Source: Nemertoderma westbladi
Taxonomy: Eukaryota > Animalia > Xenacoelomorpha
Assembly: GCA_032718475.1 (NCBI GenBank)
Contig: JAUCBJ010003602.1
Location: forward strand, 62,001 to 126,000
DNA length: 64,000 bases
Direction of reading: 5' to 3'
Of this stretch, positions 60,401-64,000 are shown piece by piece; positions within the stretch are counted from its first letter, which is position 1; every line of letters begins with the position of its first letter. The position numbers and the translations under genes were made by a program. Below the pieces are notes generated by a model that saw only the letters and a list, made by a program, of their open reading frames with translations, was not told the DNA's origin and made no database searches.

Positions 60401-63400
60401 AAGGTTTGTACATACAACCAATCAAATATAAAGGTTTGTACATACAACCAATCAAATGTAAATGTTTGTACATACAACCAATCAAATGTAAAGGTTTGTA
60501 CATACAACCAATCAAATGTAAAGGTTTGTACATACAACCAATCAAATATAAAGGTTTGTACATACAACCAATCAAATGTAAATGTTTGTACATACAACCA
60601 ATCAAATTCAAAGGTTTGTACATACAACCAATCAAATGTAAAGGTTTGTACATACAACCAATCAAATGTAAAGGTTTGTACATACAACCAATCAAATGTA
60701 AAGGTTTGTACATACAACCAATCAAATATAAAGGTTTGTACATACAACCAATCAAATGTAAAGGTTTGTACATACAACCAATCAAATTCAAAGGTTTGTA
60801 CATACAACCAATCAAATGTAAAGGTTTGTACATGCAACCAATGTAAAGGTTTGTACATACAGTACAACCAATGTAAAGGTTTTTTTACATACAACCAATC
60901 AAATGTAAAGGTTTGTACATACAACCAATCAAATGTAAAGGTTTGTACATACAACCAATCAAATGTAAAGGTTTGTACATACAACCAATCAAATGTAAAG
61001 GTTTTTTACATACAACCAATCAAATGTAAAGGTTTGTACATACAACCAATCAAATGTAAAGGTTTGTACATACAACCAATCAAATGTAAAGGTTTGTACA
61101 TACAACCAATCAAATGTAAAGGTTTGTACATGTACATACAACCAATCAAATGTAAAGGTTTGTACATACAACCAATCAAATGTAAAGGTTTGTACATACA
61201 ACCAATCAAATGTAAAGGTTTGTACATGCAACCAATCAAATGTAAAGGTTTGTACATACAACCAATCAAATGTAAATGTTTGTACATACAACCAATCAAA
61301 TGTAAAGGTTTGTACATGCAACCAATCAAATGTAAAGGTTTGTACATACAACCAATCAAATGTAAATGTTTGTACATACAACCAATCAAATGTAAAGGTT
61401 TGTACATGCAACCAATCAAATGTAAAGGTTTGTACAAACAACCAATCAAATGTAAAGGTTTGTACATACAACCAATCAAATGTAAAGGTTTGTACATACA
61501 ACCAATCAAATGTAAAGGTTTGTACATACAACCAATCAAATGTAAAGGTTTGTACATGCAACCAATCAAATGTAAAGGTTTGTACATACAACCAATCAAA
61601 TGTAAAGGTTTGTACATACAACCAATCAAATATAAAGGTTTGTACATACAACCAATCAAATGTAAAGGTTTGTACATACAACCAATCAAATGTAAAGGTT
61701 TGTACATACAACCAATCAAATGTAAAGGTTTGTACATGCAACCAATCAAATGTAAAGGTTTGTACATACAACCAATCAAATGTAAAGGTTTGTACATACA
61801 ACCAATCAAATGTAAAGGTTTGTACATGCAACCAATCAAATGTAAAGGTTTGTACATGCAACCAATCAAATGTAAAGGTTTGTACATGCAACCAATCAAA
61901 TGTAAAGGTTTGTACATACAACCAATCAAATGTAAATGTTTGTACATACAACCAATCAAATGTAAAGGTTTGTACATGCAACCAATCAAATGTAAAGGTT
62001 TGTACATACAACCAATCAAATGTAAATGTTTGTACATACAACCAATCAAATGTAAAGGTTTGTACATGCAACCAATCAAATGTAAAGGTTTGTACATGCA
62101 ACCAATCAAATGTAAAGGTTTGTACATACAACCAATCAAATGTAAATGTTTGTACATACAACCAATCAAATGTAAAGGTTTGTACATGCAACCAATCAAA
62201 TGTAAAGGTTTGTACATACAACCAATCAAATGTAAAGGTTTGTACATACAACCAATCAAATGTAAAGGTTTGTACATACAACCAATCAAATGTAAAGGTT
62301 TGTACATACAACCAATCAAATGTAAAGGTTTGTACATGCAACCAATCAAATGTAAAGGTTTGTACATACAACCAATCAAATGTAAAGGTTTGTACATACA
62401 ACCAATCAAATATAAAGGTTTGTACATACAACCAATCAAATGTAAAGGTTTGTACATACAACCAATCAAATGTAAAGGTTTGTACATGCAACCAATCAAA
62501 TGTAAAGGTTTGTACATACAACCAATCAAATGTAAAGGTTTGTACATACAACCAATCAAATATAAAGGTTTGTACATACAACCAATCAAATGTAAAGGTT
62601 TGTACATACAACCAATCAAATGTAAAGGTTTGTACATACAACCAATCAAATGTAAAGGTTTGTACATACAACCAATCAAATGTAAAGGTTTGTACATACA
62701 ACCAATCAAATGTAAAGGTTTGTACATACAACCAATCAAATGTAAAGGTTTGTACATGCAACCAATCAAATGTAAAGGTTTGTACATGCAACCAATCAAA
62801 TGTAAAGGTTTGTACATACAACCAATCAAATGTATAGGTTTGTACATACAACCAATCAAATATAAAGGTTTGTACATACAACCAATCAAATGTAAAGGTT
62901 TGTACATACAACCAATCAAATGTAAAGGTTTGTACATGCAACCAATCAAATGTAAAGGTTTGTACATTCAACCAATCAAATGTAAATGTTTGTACATACA
63001 ACCAATCAAATGTAAAGGTTTGTACATGCAACCAATCAAATGTAAAGGTTTGTACATACAACCAATCAAATGTAAATGTTTGTACATACAACCAATCAAA
63101 TGTAAAGGTTTGTACATGCAACCAATCAAATGTAAAGGTTTGTACATACAACCAATCAAATGTAAATGTTTGTACATACAACCAATCAAATGTAAAGGTT
63201 TGTACATGCAACCAATCAAATGTAAAGGTTTGTAAATACAACCAATCAAATGTAAAGGTTTGTACATACAACCAATCAAATGCAAAGGTTTGTACATACA
63301 ACCAATCAAATATAAAGGTTTGTACATACAACCAATCAAATGTAAAGGTTTGTACATACAACCAATCAAATGTAAAGGTTTGTACATACAACCAATCAAA

Positions 63401-64000
63401 TGTAAAGGTTTGTACATACAACCAATCAAATGTAAAGGTTTGTACATGCAACCAATCAAATGTAAAGGTTTGTACATACAACCAATCAAATGCAAAGGTT
63501 TGTACATACAACCAATCAAATTCAAAGGTTTGTACATACAACCAATCAAATGTAAAGGTTTGTACATGCAACCAATGTAAAGGTTTGTACATACAGTACA
63601 ACCAATGTAAAGGTTTTTTACATACAACCAATCAAATGTAAAGGTTTGTACATACAACCAATCAAATGTAAAGGTTTGTACATACAACCAATCAAATGCA
63701 AAGGTTTGTACATACAACCAATCAAATGTAAAGGTTTGTACATACAACCAATCAAATGCAAAGGTTTGTACATACAACCAATCAAATGTAAAGGTTTGTA
63801 CATACAACCAATCAAATGTAAAGGTTTGTACATACAACCAATCAAATATAAAGGTTTGTACATACAACCAATCAAATGTAAAGGTTTGTACATACAACCA
63901 ATCAAATGTAAAGGTTTGTACATGCAACCAATCAAATGTAAAGGTTTGTACATACAACCAATCAAATGTAAAGGTTTGTACATACAACCAATCAAATATA

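Larger units (their letters stand above)
16992..64000 (+). repeat. Giant 30-bp satellite array (~35 kb net, roughly 1,150 units in window), intronic, running off the right edge
   Basis: Unit GTTTGTACATACAACCAATCAAATGTAAAG with recurrent 25-, 30-, 31- and 32-bp variants, highly homogeneous. It begins at the donor GT of MPRIP-like exon 2. Confidence 0.98.

Noticed and set aside
16992-64000. Dozens of long ORFs (YIQPIKCKGL, VCTYNQSNVK, MYKPLHLIGC and VQTFTFDWLY repeats)
   Set aside because: They are a by-product of a 30-bp unit that is stop-free in four frames. Frames switch freely at 25/31/32-bp variants, so there is no sign of coding constraint.

Overview
Intron-containing eukaryotic DNA, most likely from an invertebrate animal. 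From left to right: (1) the 3' six exons of an ER Hsp70 BiP/GRP78 (HSPA5) gene ending in RDEL, two of whose introns carry minisatellites; (2) a G-rich minisatellite; (3) a TMBIM/lifeguard gene with a single-exon CDS; (4) a disrupted ACSF2-like acyl-CoA synthetase; (5) two degraded LINE fragments; (6) the first two coding exons of an MPRIP/outspread-like gene, which the ORF track misses. The intron after its second exon is a 30-bp satellite array over 47 kb long. The array contains two copies of a TA-flanked MITE and a very young full-length BEL/Pao LTR retrotransposon. The long ORFs over the satellite are artefacts. Main leads: (a) three unrelated tandem arrays are in exact register with real splice junctions, and every unit reads GT...AG and copies the junction; (b) the BEL/Pao element has no tRNA-type PBS but has an 11-nt PBS perfectly complementary to the likely 5' end of its own transcript, suggesting Tf1-like self-priming; (c) TA-x-TA insertions resembling transposon excision footprints are widespread and appear to have lengthened the Gag ORF in frame. 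Everything was read by eye; no searches were run.
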